DNA of 64,000 bases from Camelus ferus (lineage: Eukaryota). Location: assembly GCF_009834535.1 (NCBI RefSeq), contig NC_045719.1, positions 13,082,001 through 13,146,000 on the forward strand, written 5' to 3'. Below the pieces are notes generated by a model that was not told the origin of the DNA, did no database searches, and saw only the letters and a program-made list of their open reading frames with translations. Numbering within the stretch: position 1 is the stretch's first letter; each line of letters begins with the position of its first letter. Position numbers and translations under genes: made by a program. Shown one piece after another: positions 12,636 to 25,504 of the stretch.

Positions 12636-14889
12636 TGACCTCATCGATTTTAACTGATGCCCCATGTACCTTGAACATTTCAATACTTTTAAAAAGTTGC
12701 AATTTTATCCTCTAAAATACTTTAATAGAGCAACATTGCTCATTTTCTCAAATCTGAGTTCTGTAGAGACAGTTCCAATTGTTAAATGTTTCCCTGCTCA
12801 TAGATGAAAGACCAGGAGTTGAAAGGAGCTGTAGAGTTTATCCTGAACTTTGACAAGGCACAGTGACATTAAACATCAATCACATGGTAATTTGCAGTTA
12901 TCACTGGGCTGTTATTGTGTCTTTATTAAAGGCAAAAACTTGAAATACACGTGAGAAATCATTTTTGCATTCTAACACTACTACGCTGGCATGCTCAAAA
13001 CTAAGCTTGGGAGTCGATAAATTCCACTGGGAAATAGTCATTAAAATACATGAGGACAGGCTGCTGGTTCAGGATTTTGACACAAGTTCACTTGCTTTTC
13101 TGTGTATCGCTGTGTTTCAGAGCATGTTAAATACGGCTTAATGAGTGCATGAGACTCAGAGAACGTGGACTTCTGATCAGGTAGCTACTGATGGTCCTGC
13201 AGTTTACCTCAATACTTGATTCCACTGATGATGAAAATCACTCACTGGCGTCTCACTTCCTTTTGGTACAGGGAAGAATAGAGTCCCTGGCAAGTGCCCT
13301 TCTCTATTATTAGTCTGAAAGCTCCCCAGTTACACCTCTATTTTAAAATCTTATCCACCTTACCTTCAATCCATTGTGGTTTTGGTTGAAGAAAGATATC
13401 AAAACAATTTCCATCACATCCTAAATGGAAAGAATGAAAGTCCAGTCTTGAAACTTTATCTTTTGAAAGGTATTGTACACTGTGAATCACACTTCTCTCC
13501 AGAACCTAATTAATTCCCCTGGTTCTGGTAATGCCTGCTTTCCTGAGTCCAGTGGTAGTCAAATATCTTTCTCTCATTAGACATTTAAAGGCTTCTTGTT
13601 CAGTCTACAGTGGGGGCAAGGAGGCAGAGCAAATGAAGCTAAAAACCATCAGGTTTTGTGGCACAGGAAATCGGTTCTAATTTGATATGGGAAAAGTTGG
13701 AGTACAAGGTTGAAAAGGGTAAGACACAATCACACAATGAAAAGCAAAGAGTGAGAATCCTGTTGGTTAAATTAATATTTAGAAATCCAACACACACATG
13801 GGTTTGGTACAGTTGCTGTAAAAGATTTTCTTTTTTAATTTCATCATCTGAACATCAATTTTCTGAGCTCTTCTGGGGAACTAGAGCGATGCCAGGCACA
13901 GTGAGGCCTTGTAAGGTGCTGACTCATGCGAGTCAAATCAGTGCATTGTTATGATTAATTTTTTGGAGAGAAGAGAAAAAAAAATACCAAGCTGAGGCTC
14001 TGACATTTCACTTTCCATGTGAGAGAGAGGAGCGTTATGTATTATCTTCATTTCATATAATTTTATAAAAGTCAGGTTCTGATTCATTATAGGCGCCCGC
14101 TGTGTTGGGAAAGGCAAAGTGGGGCAAGTTACGTGCTTTGTTAAAGGAATTTCAGAAAGACAAGACCTTGATTTATGGGGGACTGAAAATGTAAAGATAA
14201 TATTTCAAATTTTCCTTTTATGCAAAAGCAAAATCCTGGTAGGTCTTGTTTCCGTGGCTACAGAACTCTGTTCTGTAACTCACAAGGGGTTGCTGTCATC
14301 CGAGGCAAGGCAGGCTGCTTTATGGCAAATCAAACAGAGTGAAACTTGTCGTGATAGAAACGGCAGAGCTCGACACAGATTGCAGGGCTGTGACTCACTT
14401 GCGTCCTCGAGGCAGGTTTATAGTGAGAGCCACTAGGATCCATGGGCAACACATGGGCTTTGAAGGCTTCTGCAGCATAAGTGTGTCTGGCTCTTCCTTT
14501 CAGATCTCTCTGATCACATCTCAAGACATCCCTCACGTCTTAAGATGTCCCCTTAAGATGTGATCTGGGAGCTACAGTGAGTGAATCCTGAGCTACTGAA
14601 CAGATCGGGGCCTGTTAGACGTGGTGACTGGAATGAGCTGTTGTACTGTTGCCATGATGAATGTTCTTCTGCCTCATGTACATTTATCTGTGGGAGACCT
14701 GGTCTTTCTTCTCTAATCGAAATAATCAGGCACTTGTTTGGGCCAATGGACCATGAATTCTAATGAGGTGGATCATTGTCAATGTCCTGGAGTAAAGAAA
14801 ACATGAATGAGAGACTCAATCAACCCAAGGTGATTGAGAAATAAATATATTTTAAAAAAAATTGGAAACCACTGATTGCTGAGACTTTT

Positions 14890-15370
14890 AAAAAAGAAGG
14901 AAATCTTCCCATTTGTTACAACATGGATGGACCTGAAAAGCGTCATGCCTAGTGAAACAAGTCAGACAGAAAGACAAATACATATGATCTCTCGTATATG
15001 TAAAATCTCAAAACAAAACAAAACGAATACCTCACAGATACAGAGAACAGGTTAGTGGTTATGAGAGGCAGGGGAACAATAGGTGAAGGTCACCAAAAGG
15101 TACAAATTTTCAGTTATTTTTTTAGAAAGTCCTTAGGATGTAATGTAATGTGATTATGGTTAATAACACTGTATTGCATATTTGAAAGTTGTTAAGAGAG
15201 TAAATATTAAAAGACATAATCATAAGAAAAAAATTGTAACTGTTTGTGGTATTGGACGTTAAGTAGACCTGTCATCTGGGTCATTTAACAATACACACAA
15301 ATATCAAATCATTAGGCTGTACAAGTGGAGCTAACAATCTTGTATGTCAACTGCATCTCATTTTAAAACA
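14890..15370 (+). mobile_element. L1M (L1MA9/10-like) 3' end
   Basis: 'ggaaatcttcccatttgttacaacatggatggacctg...agtgaaacaagtcagacagaaagacaaatac...actgtattgcatatttgaaagttgttaagagagta...tgtatgtcaactgcatctca'. Confidence 0.8.
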
Positions 15371-16837
15371 TTTCATTTTGCCATGAAAGTAAAGGCCTTT
15401 TTTTAGGGCTTAGTTGGAGCCCACAGGATACTCAGGTGACTTCAGGTGTGTAGAGGAGTGAGTGCAGGTCCTGATGAGGGACTGGACCCGGGAGAGGAGA
15501 CGATGGGCTGAGACAGGCTGAATATCAGGGGCAGCTCAGGGATTGGCCTCATCGTGCAGGAGGCACTGCACTGAGACCACTCTTCCCACAAAAGTGATCT
15601 CGCTGGATCTTGGGAGATCTACGGGGTCCTAGCAGGGGAGTCATTGTCTGAGAAATACCTGGGTGCCCCCCATCCCAGACTCCTTATAAGGAGTCTGTCT
15701 TACACCACCTATCAGGCAAACCCTGATGCTGGTGGACAACTCACTCCATTTCCCCCCAACTCAGAGTCACAGTGCAGCCAAATGCTGGGAAGTGACCGCC
15801 AAGGCCAAACAGAGGAGGAAAGTGCACACTCCCCGGGCTGCAAATCTGGAGCCTCACGGGAGCCCGAGGAGCCCTGGCAGTCACGTGGGCTTCCAGCTAG
15901 GAACCCTGGGGCCCCAACCGGACCTCTGCTGAAGTCCAAGGCGGCAGCAACCTAAACGTGCTGTTCCATCGCACAGCCTCGGGGTCAGCTGTTCCTCTCA
16001 TCACCTGAGCGGAGTTTATAACTGCAGCATAACCTCATACATATCTTGAAAAATACAGAAATCAACAATAGAAGTGGAAGGCTGCAACACCACAACCTGC
16101 ACTGCGAGGCACTGGCTTTGGAAATGGGGTTACATATAGGCAGTGAAAAAAAAATTATATGAAGCTGGAAAAACGGCTACTGATGTTGCACTATGGGAAA
16201 ACATTTTGGAAAAAACTATTACCTGCGATAAAGTAAAAGGTAGATAATGTCCCTAATGAGCTTATTACTATAGGTTAAAAAAAAAGGGTAGGAAAAGAGA
16301 CTGTAACATGAGTTCGTTTCTACCGGCTTTTTTTTTTTTTTAAAGATAATGCAATGAAGAAGTGATCTCAGAAAAAAACAAAAAACAGAAAGAGAAGACT
16401 GGCCTGTTTACGACTAGGAATGAAAGAGCACTCTGACAGTTCAGAAACTCAGGGTTGAATGATGCTGCTGATTCGCATCAAATCAGCGCAACATAAAACC
16501 GAGGGGCCGTCTGAGTGACAGCCTGAGACAAGGACAAAACCAAGACGCTGCCCACTGCACCCTCCGCTAAAACACATGAATGAGTTCCATAGAACCCAGG
16601 GAAACCTTTCAGGTGGCTCAAGAAACAAGGGGCCTGGGGAAGGGGGTTAGGGGATGTGACTCTCCCACAGAAACCTCACAGGCCACAATTAAGTCTAAAG
16701 CATGGGGCAAATGAGAACTCACACATGGAAGAGATGGCAAAAATCAACTGTTAAATACCCAACTATACTGGTTAGTTTACGTATTCTATTGTATAGATTA
16801 TATATCATTACCTTGTCTGCTACACTATTGGGTATTC

Positions 16838-16875
16838 TGTGTGTGTGTGTGCACGCGTGTGTGCGTGCACACACA
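16838..16875. repeat. Alternating purine-pyrimidine (TG/CA/CG) tract with a perfect 13-bp inverted repeat
   Basis: tgtgtgtgcacgc (16844-16856) and gcgtgcacacaca (16863-16875) are exact reverse complements, separated by a 6-nt spacer. Confidence 0.9.
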
Positions 16876-18329
16876 GCAAGGCATGGTCAGGTAGCATATC
16901 CTTCTGCTTCCTAGGTCTCTCAAACAGGAAGAGCTGTAGGCAGACCTGATGAAGACACTGCCAGGCACCCCTCAGAGATCCTGGTCTTTGAACGCCAAGC
17001 AGAGATGAAATGGGGCTATTGTGTTATTTTGCTGTGTCAGGGTAACAGAAACAAATATTTGTGACTAGAAAGGACGACTCCACTGCCTACCGTTTACTCA
17101 GCATTTTGATCATATAGAGTTACAGAACACAGGGTACCTGGAAGTGTTACCTAATGAAGAAAACGGAGCTCATTATGAGGGTTTCTGTGATACAGGTTTT
17201 TTAAGCAACCAGTAATTTCAGAAAGACATCTGGATCAGTGGGTAGTCTTCTCACCCACTTTGACACTAGATCATATTCAGTTCCATTTCGCTTGTTTTTT
17301 GAATGCTCCCAACTTACTAATTAAAGGTTGTCTTGTTGGGTTCCAAGATTTCAACCCCGGATGACCTGCTCACAAGAAGTCAATGATCAAGACCCAGGAT
17401 TCTGAGAAATAGAGCCTTGAGCAATATAATGATGGGAGCGCTTAGTTTCTAAACAAACTGATGGCAGATTGCTCCACAACGCCGTGAGTTTATTGAGACC
17501 ACGTTTTTGTTGTGACACGTTGAAGAGATAGTCTTCACACATAAGTGAATTTTAGATTAACTATCGTTTATGTAAATTGTGCCTATTTGGTGGTCTTACT
17601 GAAACGGAATTTGGCTTTGGCTTCCCCCTACAACTTGGAAACTGAGCAGCACGATTCACATAAAGCTATTTGAGAATAATTCCAACAGGATATTTGCTAA
17701 TTAACAGCAGGCAAATGATCAGAGAAGGGATAGGTCAACATAATCAGAAGTGGCTCATGGAAAAACCGAACCGAAAAGGATGAAAAAGAATCACATGGAA
17801 TGGAAGAGACTCTGTGGTTAACAAGAACATGAGTCAGGGCACATGGCAGGCACGAGAACAGCAGAAGAACATTCTGAGGTTGCCAGCTGCCTAGGGCTAA
17901 AGAAGCATGTGGAGCACGCAAGAAAGATTAAATATTTACTGTCATAGGCTCACGTTATTTTTGAAAAATTTCAGACTGGAAGAAAGCAACATAACAGGGT
18001 CTCAAAGATATCTATCAGGGCAGTTACGACAACGTTATGTGTGGGAAGAATAAGCTGAAGTGCCTCTCAACCTCAACAGTGTGACAGTTATTTAATCAGA
18101 CAGTTATTTTTTCTAAATTCTTTCAGCAAGTATTTACATTCTGATTTATAGAGCCACAGGGCTGGGGGAGCATTAGTCACATAGAAGATAATATGGCCTA
18201 TTACCCTATAGCTGTGCAGTATGGAAACCCTAATTCTAAATAAGAAATGAGGATTGTTGGTATATGTTGGGGAGGGGTAAGGAATTGAGATGATGGAGGA
18301 CATGAAACACAGGAAATAAAAATAATGGC

Positions 18330-18535
18330 TGATACGTATGATGTACCAGAGACTCTGTTCATAGTTTCCACTGGTGAGGCGATGCTATGTATTACTCCCA
18401 TTTTACAGATGACAAAACTGAACAACAGAGAGATGAATTAACTTGCTCTAGTTCTCAAGCTAAGAACTGTGGAGCTAGAACATAAAGCCACGTCTATCAG
18501 ATTCCAAATATACTTACTTTTAACCACCATCACAC
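18330..18535 (-). mobile_element. MIR
   Basis: 'ccattttacagatgacaaaactga...aacttgctc...ttttaaccac' is the antisense MIR core. Confidence 0.65.
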
Positions 18536-20549
18536 ACTATTTTCCTAGTGTCTTAATTCTTTTTCACCTGGTTTCAAGAAACAAGGCTAAGATATTTCTG
18601 AATTATTATCATGTGCTAATTATAGCTTCCATCTTGAAAAAGATTCTAGGTAATCCTTAATTATAACTTTGATTTTTTGACTCTTTTTTTCTGGCTTTCT
18701 AGAACTTTGTCTAGAACACTAACTAATGACCATCCTATAGTGATGCTTTAATACACCTATATGGAAGTAATGCTACATTGCATAACTTTATTTAATACTA
18801 TAACTATTAAACTCATTCTTAATTGTCATTTACATTTCTGATGACAGGTCCTGTTAAAGGGTTTTTTTAAGATTTTTTTTTTAAGTTGCTCAAGTCAGAT
18901 GGTTAATAAAAAAGTGAATTGGGACTTATAAATTATAGACTATTTTTTCTTATAGAATATGCATCCACCATATTACACGATCCAATATTACTCACTCCTC
19001 ACCCTCCAAACTTCTAAGGTTAGCTCTCTGAAAGGTGTTCAGTGCTAGTGACCTCCCATAGGTGCCCTAGAATAAAGTTTGAAGAATCTATTTCTTACAC
19101 ATTTTTTAGGAGATTTGTGAATATTCTATAAGGTGATTGTTCAGCTACAATTGATATATAAAGACTAAAATATGTACATTGCAGTGTATATGTTACAATA
19201 CATATACTATAATGTAGTGATGTAGACGTGACCAAGATATTTTGTTTTTTTCACTTTCTCAGTTCTGTTAAACAACACACAGTTACTAACGTAAAATGTA
19301 GGGAGGACGTCATAGCTTCTAAGTGTTGTTTTGTTTTTAATTTTCTGAATTCTTATACACCCAAGCTTCCTAGTGCTTCATTCTTAAGCTCCAAAAAAGT
19401 TGGTTTGGTTTTTACTACATTTCATGTTATTCCCGAATCCTCAAACCTTCTATGACTGCAATAAATTAAACAGCCACTTACATGAAATCATAGATTTTCC
19501 TCATGTACATTGAGGTCAGGGCCTGGAAATCACTTAATATTGATCAGATGTCCTATGATCATGTATTAATCTTTTTAAAATGATTTCAAATACAGTTGCT
19601 TTCTTATATCACTTATTGAATGTTACTCAGCTTCACACAACCCATTGCATTAAGACAGTTAAAGAAATGGAGTGGGAACTTTCCTTTGCTAGTTCATCCA
19701 CTGTGAATCATCTGATCCCCAAAGTCCCTATAATAATATTTGAAATACCTGGAAGCTCTCCTTTTTGCTGTCATTTCAGGCCTTACATGAGAACTGCTTT
19801 TGGATCACTCTACAAATAAACAAGTTTGCCACATTCTCAGTCCCAGTCTTACAGGCAAGTCACTGAAACATCACTCTATATTCGACTAAACTAGTTTATC
19901 TACATTTATTGTAGGAGAAATAGACGGGCCAAGCAAAATGATCTATTCTTTTCCCTTTAGACTGAATGTGAGTGCTCACGAAATCTTGCACACAAATGAG
20001 TAACCTAAGATTATATTACTCAATTATCAACTTAAGCCAGTAAGCAGATGATAAATCTATTATATTACTCAATTTTAACTTCCTGTATAAGTAATGATGT
20101 TTCGTCCATAGCGTTTGACTTCATAGCTAACATTGGAAAAAGCTGCAGATCTTATTTGTTTATTTCAATCAATTTTTCATTTGAGTTTTAAAAAATCCCC
20201 AGTTTTCAGAACACTGGCGATGCCTCTCAGTGATTTACTCATACTTCGGAAAGGACACATTGTCTTTCTTAATATTTCTGACTCAGCCATCTCTCTTAGC
20301 TTGACAAGAAGACACCTCTCTTATCCACCAAGAGACCCTGGTCATTGATTCATTAGTCTCCACCCTAAGGCTATAATTTCAAAGACTGAGAAGGATTACA
20401 ATTCTTAAAGTACAGTAATTTGAAAGAAATTCTATAGATTTAACATGTATCAGCCTTAAAGGAAAAAATAATATAAGCAGATGTACATATACCCCCCCCC
20501 CTTTTTTTTTGGCCAAAGCATAGGTTGTAGCTTTCCTGCAGCTTTCATC

Positions 20550-21130
20550 CAAAATGCATTTAGTGTCGCCCGTGACCCGGCAATCCAGGTATCGTCCTAT
20601 CAGGAGAGAGAAAAGCACCCGGCGGGCAGAGGTCACACGTGGCGCGGTGAGCGGTGTGCAGGCCTGGGCACCACCTGCAGGGCCGCCGCGCAGCGCCCGC
20701 GTCTGCTCCGTCGGACTCGGCTCGCAGTGCTCCTACCTTTCCAGAAGTGAGTTCTCCGGCCCGGGACGCAGACGGCCGACGCGGGTGGCCCGGGCTCAGC
20801 ACCGCTTCTGGGTGACACTGAAGTGGCCGAGCTGCTCCTCGAAAAGCCCGAGCGCGGGAAGCGTGGCTGCCGCGACCGCCCCGGGGGCCTGGGCGGCGCC
20901 GCACTGCTGCTCCCACGCGAGGTAAGGCCGCTGCCGCCGCTGTCTTCAGGCAGCCGACCGCGCTCTGCTGGCCGGGCCGACGGGCTCCCCCTGCCACCGG
21001 GGAGACAGGGTCCTTCCCTCCCCGCCCAGGGTCCTGCCACCGGCGTCTCCCCACCGGCGCCCGCGGGAACGCGCTCGCGAGGAGGGCGCCGCCGCCCCGC
21101 CGCCCGCCGCCCGACGCCGCCCTTCTCACC
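20550..21130 (+). promoter_or_regulatory. CpG-island promoter
   Basis: Very high GC and CpG density over about 580 bp. E-box CACGTG at 20636-20641, and GC-box/CCG repeats at about 21085-21125. Confidence 0.9.
20680..20921 (+). other. TMEM200A: Non-coding first exon (5' UTR), tentatively TMEM200A; start approximate
   Basis: Strong donor GAG|GTAAGG at 20921/20922 inside the CpG island, with no in-frame ATG ORF. The gene identity comes only from recalled architecture (short UTR exon 1, a roughly 64-nt UTR exon 2 about 19 kb later, distant coding exon) and is not verified by alignment. Confidence 0.5.
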
Positions 21131-21185
21131 AGCTGGTTCATTTTTTCTTTTCTTCCTTTTGTTTCTTTCTTCCTTTCTTTCATTT

Positions 21186-21399
21186 NNNNNNNNNNNNNNN
21201 NNNNNNNNNNNNNNNNNNNNNNNNNNNNNNNNNNNNNNNNNNNNNNNNNNNNNNNNNNNNNNNNNNNNNNNNNNNNNNNNNNNNNNNNNNNNNNNNNNNN
21301 NNNNNNNNNNNNNNNNNNNNNNNNNNNNNNNNNNNNNNNNNNNNNNNNNNNNNNNNNNNNNNNNNNNNNNNNNNNNNNNNNNNNNNNNNNNNNNNNNNN
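21186..21399. other. Assembly gap (214 N)
   Basis: Run of N. Confidence 1.
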
Positions 21400-21569
21400 A
21401 CAATGTGTTAATTTCTGGTGTGCACCATGTTTCATATATATATTCATATATATATATATTCCTTTTCCTATTCTTTTTCATTATAGTTTATTACAAGCTA
21501 TTGAATATAGTTCTCTGTGCCATACAGTAGGACCTTGTTGTTTATCTATTTTATTGTTATATATATATA

Positions 21570-21900
21570 TACTTATTGAAATATAGTCAGTTTATAATGT
21601 GTCAATTTCTGGTGTGCAGCACAACACTTCAGTCATATAGGAACATACATATATTTGTTTTCATATTCTTTTTCACTGTAAGTTCCTATAAGATATTAAA
21701 TATAGTTCCCTTATAGTTCTATAAGATATTAAATATAAACTTGTTTTTCTATTTTATGTATATTAGTTAGTATCTACAAATCTTGAACTCCCAATTTATC
21801 CCTTCCCATGCCCCCGGTAACCATAGTTTATTTTCTGTTCTGTGAGTCTGTTTTGTAAATAAATTCGCTTGTCTTTTTTTTTTTTTTAAGATTCCACGTA
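21570..21900 (-). mobile_element. Younger (camelid-type) L1 3' end nested in the older L1
   Basis: 'ttattgaaatatagtcagtttataatgtgtcaatttctggtgtgcagcac...tatattagttagtatct...ggtaaccatag...agattccac'. Confidence 0.8.
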
Positions 21901-22639
21901 CAGTAGTGTGTATCTGCACATCCAGAACTCCCAACTTACCCCTCTACCCGCCCCCCTTTCCCTTCCCCTCTGGTAACCGTAAGTTTATTTTCTGTTATAG
22001 ACTGATAATTTTTTCTCCTTTCTTTACATTTTGTATACCTTCCCCCTCCTTACAGTTCTAATCAGGACTAGAAAAATAATGTGTGGGTGAACTGGGGACA
22101 TATACATTTGGATTAGGGTGGGAGCCAGTAGTTCATGATACACCTTCTTCTCCCAGTTCGATCCTGATATTCATAACAAATGAAAACCCTCATGCTATGA
22201 AAATTAACTTTCATAGACACCCTACTGCCAAACCCTGCCAAGAATTTTCCACATTATAAAACCAGTGGAGCTCAAAGACGAGTTAAAGCCATGATTCTTA
22301 ATGACACGTGCACCGCTACACTGGGGAGAACCAGCCCACTGGCCAGAAGGACGGAGGGAGAAGCTTCCTTCCTTCCGCCACGGGCTGCAGTCTGGGGCAC
22401 AAACAGTGGCTCTGCATGCGACAGAAAAGTGAGGAGCCATTTCTCCATTGTACCTGTATTTATTTTGATGAAAGAAGAATTATTTATTTGTTGTTACTGT
22501 TTTCCTGCTCTCCTCCACACACACACACACCCACACCTTTTCCCAAAACATAACAACAGAAAATCCTTAAAAATTGTTAGGGAGAATGGTAAGCCTTTAC
22601 AATAACCTACCCGAGAGTATGAGCGATTTGACAATGAGA

Positions 22640-23190
22640 ACAGCAGTGGAATTAGAAGTGAACTTGGCACTTGAATGGATGTAGTTGTTGCAAGAGATAA
22701 GCAGGTCAAGAATAATTCCTAGTTTTCTAAAGAGCTATTGGGTACATGGTGGAACAATTTGCAGAACTGGGAAAGCTGGAGGAGGAGGAGGTTTGGGGAA
22801 AGGATCATGTGTTACTTGATTGGCCATGTCCCATTTGAGGTGTCTTTGTCTAGGAAATATACAGGTTAAATCTTGAGTAGGGACATAAGGGTCCGGGGTC
22901 AAGACAAGAGGAAGGGACTAGAGGCAATGAATTGGTAATGGTCAGTAAACAGATGGTAGTCAAAGCTAAGTGAGTACCTGAAGCTGAAAGAAATTATAGT
23001 GTGAGAGGAAAATAAACTGCGAATCACGTCTTGAATAAATCAGTATTTAATGGTTGAGTGGACAAGGAGAAATCAGCAAAGGAGGCTGAGAAAAATAAGG
23101 CAAAGGTAGGAGGAAAAGTTTTAGAAAGTTTGGGAATTACAGAAGAAAGGATCTGAGTTTCACAAAAGAGCAAATGTTTAGGAGTGAAGC
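22640..23190 (-). mobile_element. L2 fragment
   Basis: Purine-rich antisense L2 text, e.g. 'tttggggaaaggatcatgtg...tttgaggtgtct' and 'gcaaaggaggctgagaa'. Confidence 0.6.
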
Positions 23191-23439
23191 CACCTAAGGG
23201 TAATTTGCGTTGTGGCTGGATGAGTAAGACATATCATGAAGTAGTTTAGCAGGATCTTATAAGTTATAATCAAAATAAATAGCTACATGTTCTCTGAATA
23301 TCAGAGTAGGAGCATGAATAAATTTTGGAATCCTATTACGTGCATACAATTCTTAAATTATGGGAAAATTGCTTGAGTAGTAGATATTTTTATTTGGTAA
23401 CCAAATTGATCTATTTATTTTAAAAGATCAAGATGAGTA

Positions 23440-23620
23440 ATAGCGACCATTTACTGGGCCCTGTTACTCACTGTATTTCTCGTGTTTAAAAAGCTGTCAA
23501 TATTATTATATTCATTTATAGCTAAGTGAACTGAGACTTAAACAGTTTTCAGAAACTTGACACACGATCATACAGCTAATTCATGGCAAGCTAGAATCAA
23601 ATGTAGATCTTGGATCCTTT
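23440..23620 (-). mobile_element. MIR
   Basis: 'gaactgagactta...aacttgacacacgatcatacagctaat...gctagaatcaaa'. Confidence 0.5.
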
Positions 23621-25504
23621 TGTCAAAAAATTCAAGCTATTTGTATTATACTGAAGTATCCATATATTTTCATAAGGACAAAAACAGAAAAAAAGAGATC
23701 CGTCTAAAAATAAACGGGAAATCACTTGAATCACTGAATACATTTTGAGGAATATGAAACACTTCGTACAATTCCAAGCAGTGCCTAAAAATATTTTCCA
23801 ATATTCATCAGCTATGTTTTGTCTGTCCTTTTTAAGCAGCGGCCTGTGGATTTCAGCATGTCTTTGTTAAAGAAGGATGCCAAGCTAGGTATTAAACAGA
23901 TATTAGAGTATGAATTCAGGAAAACTAGCTCACGTGCTGGCAGGTGATAGCAAGGCATACCAGTTTCTTTTCCCTTGCCGCAGGCTCTTAGCGTGTCTGA
24001 TGGGAGCATTGAGAATCTAAATTTTATTTTATGAGCTTATTCAATGTAAGGACCAGTGCTACATGTATAGAGTAAGAATACAGCCTTTCAGCCATGTTAG
24101 TTCCAGCACTAGAAATGCTCCTATAGTTTATTTGGGAATAAAAAAAAGATCAACTGAGCATAAATGGAGCTAAAAATATTTACTTTAATTAAAGACGAAT
24201 GCAAACAAAGTACCTTCTACTCTGAAGTATAGTTTGAAGATGTGTGCAAACAACTGCAAGAAATGTTTCAGATCATAAAATGTGAATACACAAAGCACTG
24301 AAAACAAAACTAAAAAGGGAAACACTCAGTCGCTGTGGGCATGTAGCTGGGATTAGAGCATGTGGTGACACACGAGGAAGGCAGGATCCATTGCAGCCAT
24401 AAACAGTGAAACAGGATAGTGAACCCTGGACCCTGACTCCTCATTTCTCTCCCGTGCTCAGCTTGAAGCCCCCTGACTTTCACGTGGCTCACTAGACCCC
24501 CAGAAACTTGATTCTCCTGGAATTTAATTCTCGCCTGCAGGCAAGAACTTTGCTGTCGAAGCGGGAACAATGTTACAGGCACAGAGGGGCTCTCATCATC
24601 AGGCGTGGCAACAGGAACAATTAAATCAAGATCTCAGGGCACTGACTCCGTGAGCCCGAATTTTAAGCTTGGGAACATCCTCTGTGCAAGACTGTTCTCT
24701 CCAATGGCTTCCTTACTATCTCAGACGTAGCAGTCATCAGTTCCAGTAAGTGGAGTTAATATTTCTGCAAAAACTTAACTTGAACTGACTGTCATGCGGT
24801 ATGGAGGTCATGCTTTGGGATGAGAACAAAGAAATCAGCCTGGATTGATTTTGTTCCTTTATTCATTTATTTTGTGATGTAGTGATCAAAAGAGATTTGA
24901 GAAAATGCAGAGATGGACTTTGGAAAGGGAGAGAAGACATTTAGAAAAGCCCACATAACAGATGGGAGACCAGTGGGAGTACTGGAAAGAAAAAAAAATT
25001 ATTTGGAGAAAGAATGTTTGTTGTATTAAATAATTAGTATATATTTAGTTAGAGAGGCCATAGGTTGTAATATGTGATTATGAATGTTTGGAACTATACT
25101 GTATATGTTAGTAGAAATGGAATTGAATGAATTCTTGGATTTGGGAAAGTATATCTTTTTCAATATATTCATTAGCACTGGCTTTGTAACTGCCCGGTAT
25201 AGAAATTAATCAAAAAAATTGAGCATAAAAGAGACTGTTACTGACTTTCAAGGTCAGAATTCCCATGGAGACCAGATCTGGTGCTCAAATACCCCAGAAT
25301 GCTGAATTGCACTGTTTTCGTTCCCTCTCAGTTATGCTTTCCGCCTTTTTTTTTTTTTTTTAACTTCATCTTTAAGCAGCCTGTGTATACTCAGAGAGGG
25401 GCAGCTCTAGGTTTCCTTTTAAATGGAAAAAGTATTTCTCCCTCAGTAATTGCCACAAATTCCAGAAATGGTGTCACGTGTCTTGTGCCACATCTCCGAC
25501 TTTG

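Larger units (their letters stand above)
21140..21995 (-). mobile_element. Older L1 3' end (21140-21555 plus 21901-21995), split by a younger L1
   Basis: T-rich tail from about 21140, 'tattgaatatagttctctgtgccatacagtaggaccttgttgtttatctattttat', then continuation 'cagtagtgtgtatctg...ctggtaaccgtaagttt' after 21900. Confidence 0.75.

Noticed and set aside
16466-16490. Small hairpin gctgatt-N7-aatcagc
   Set aside because: 7-bp stems occur by chance, and there are no tRNA, snoRNA or miRNA hallmarks.
20554-21530. Long ORFs over the CpG island (20554-20925, 20560-21447, 20633-21481, 20823-21530)
   Set aside because: They are Arg/Ala/Pro/Gly-rich products of GC-rich DNA with few stop codons. Several run through the N gap or start at non-ATG codons, and none has a recognisable domain.
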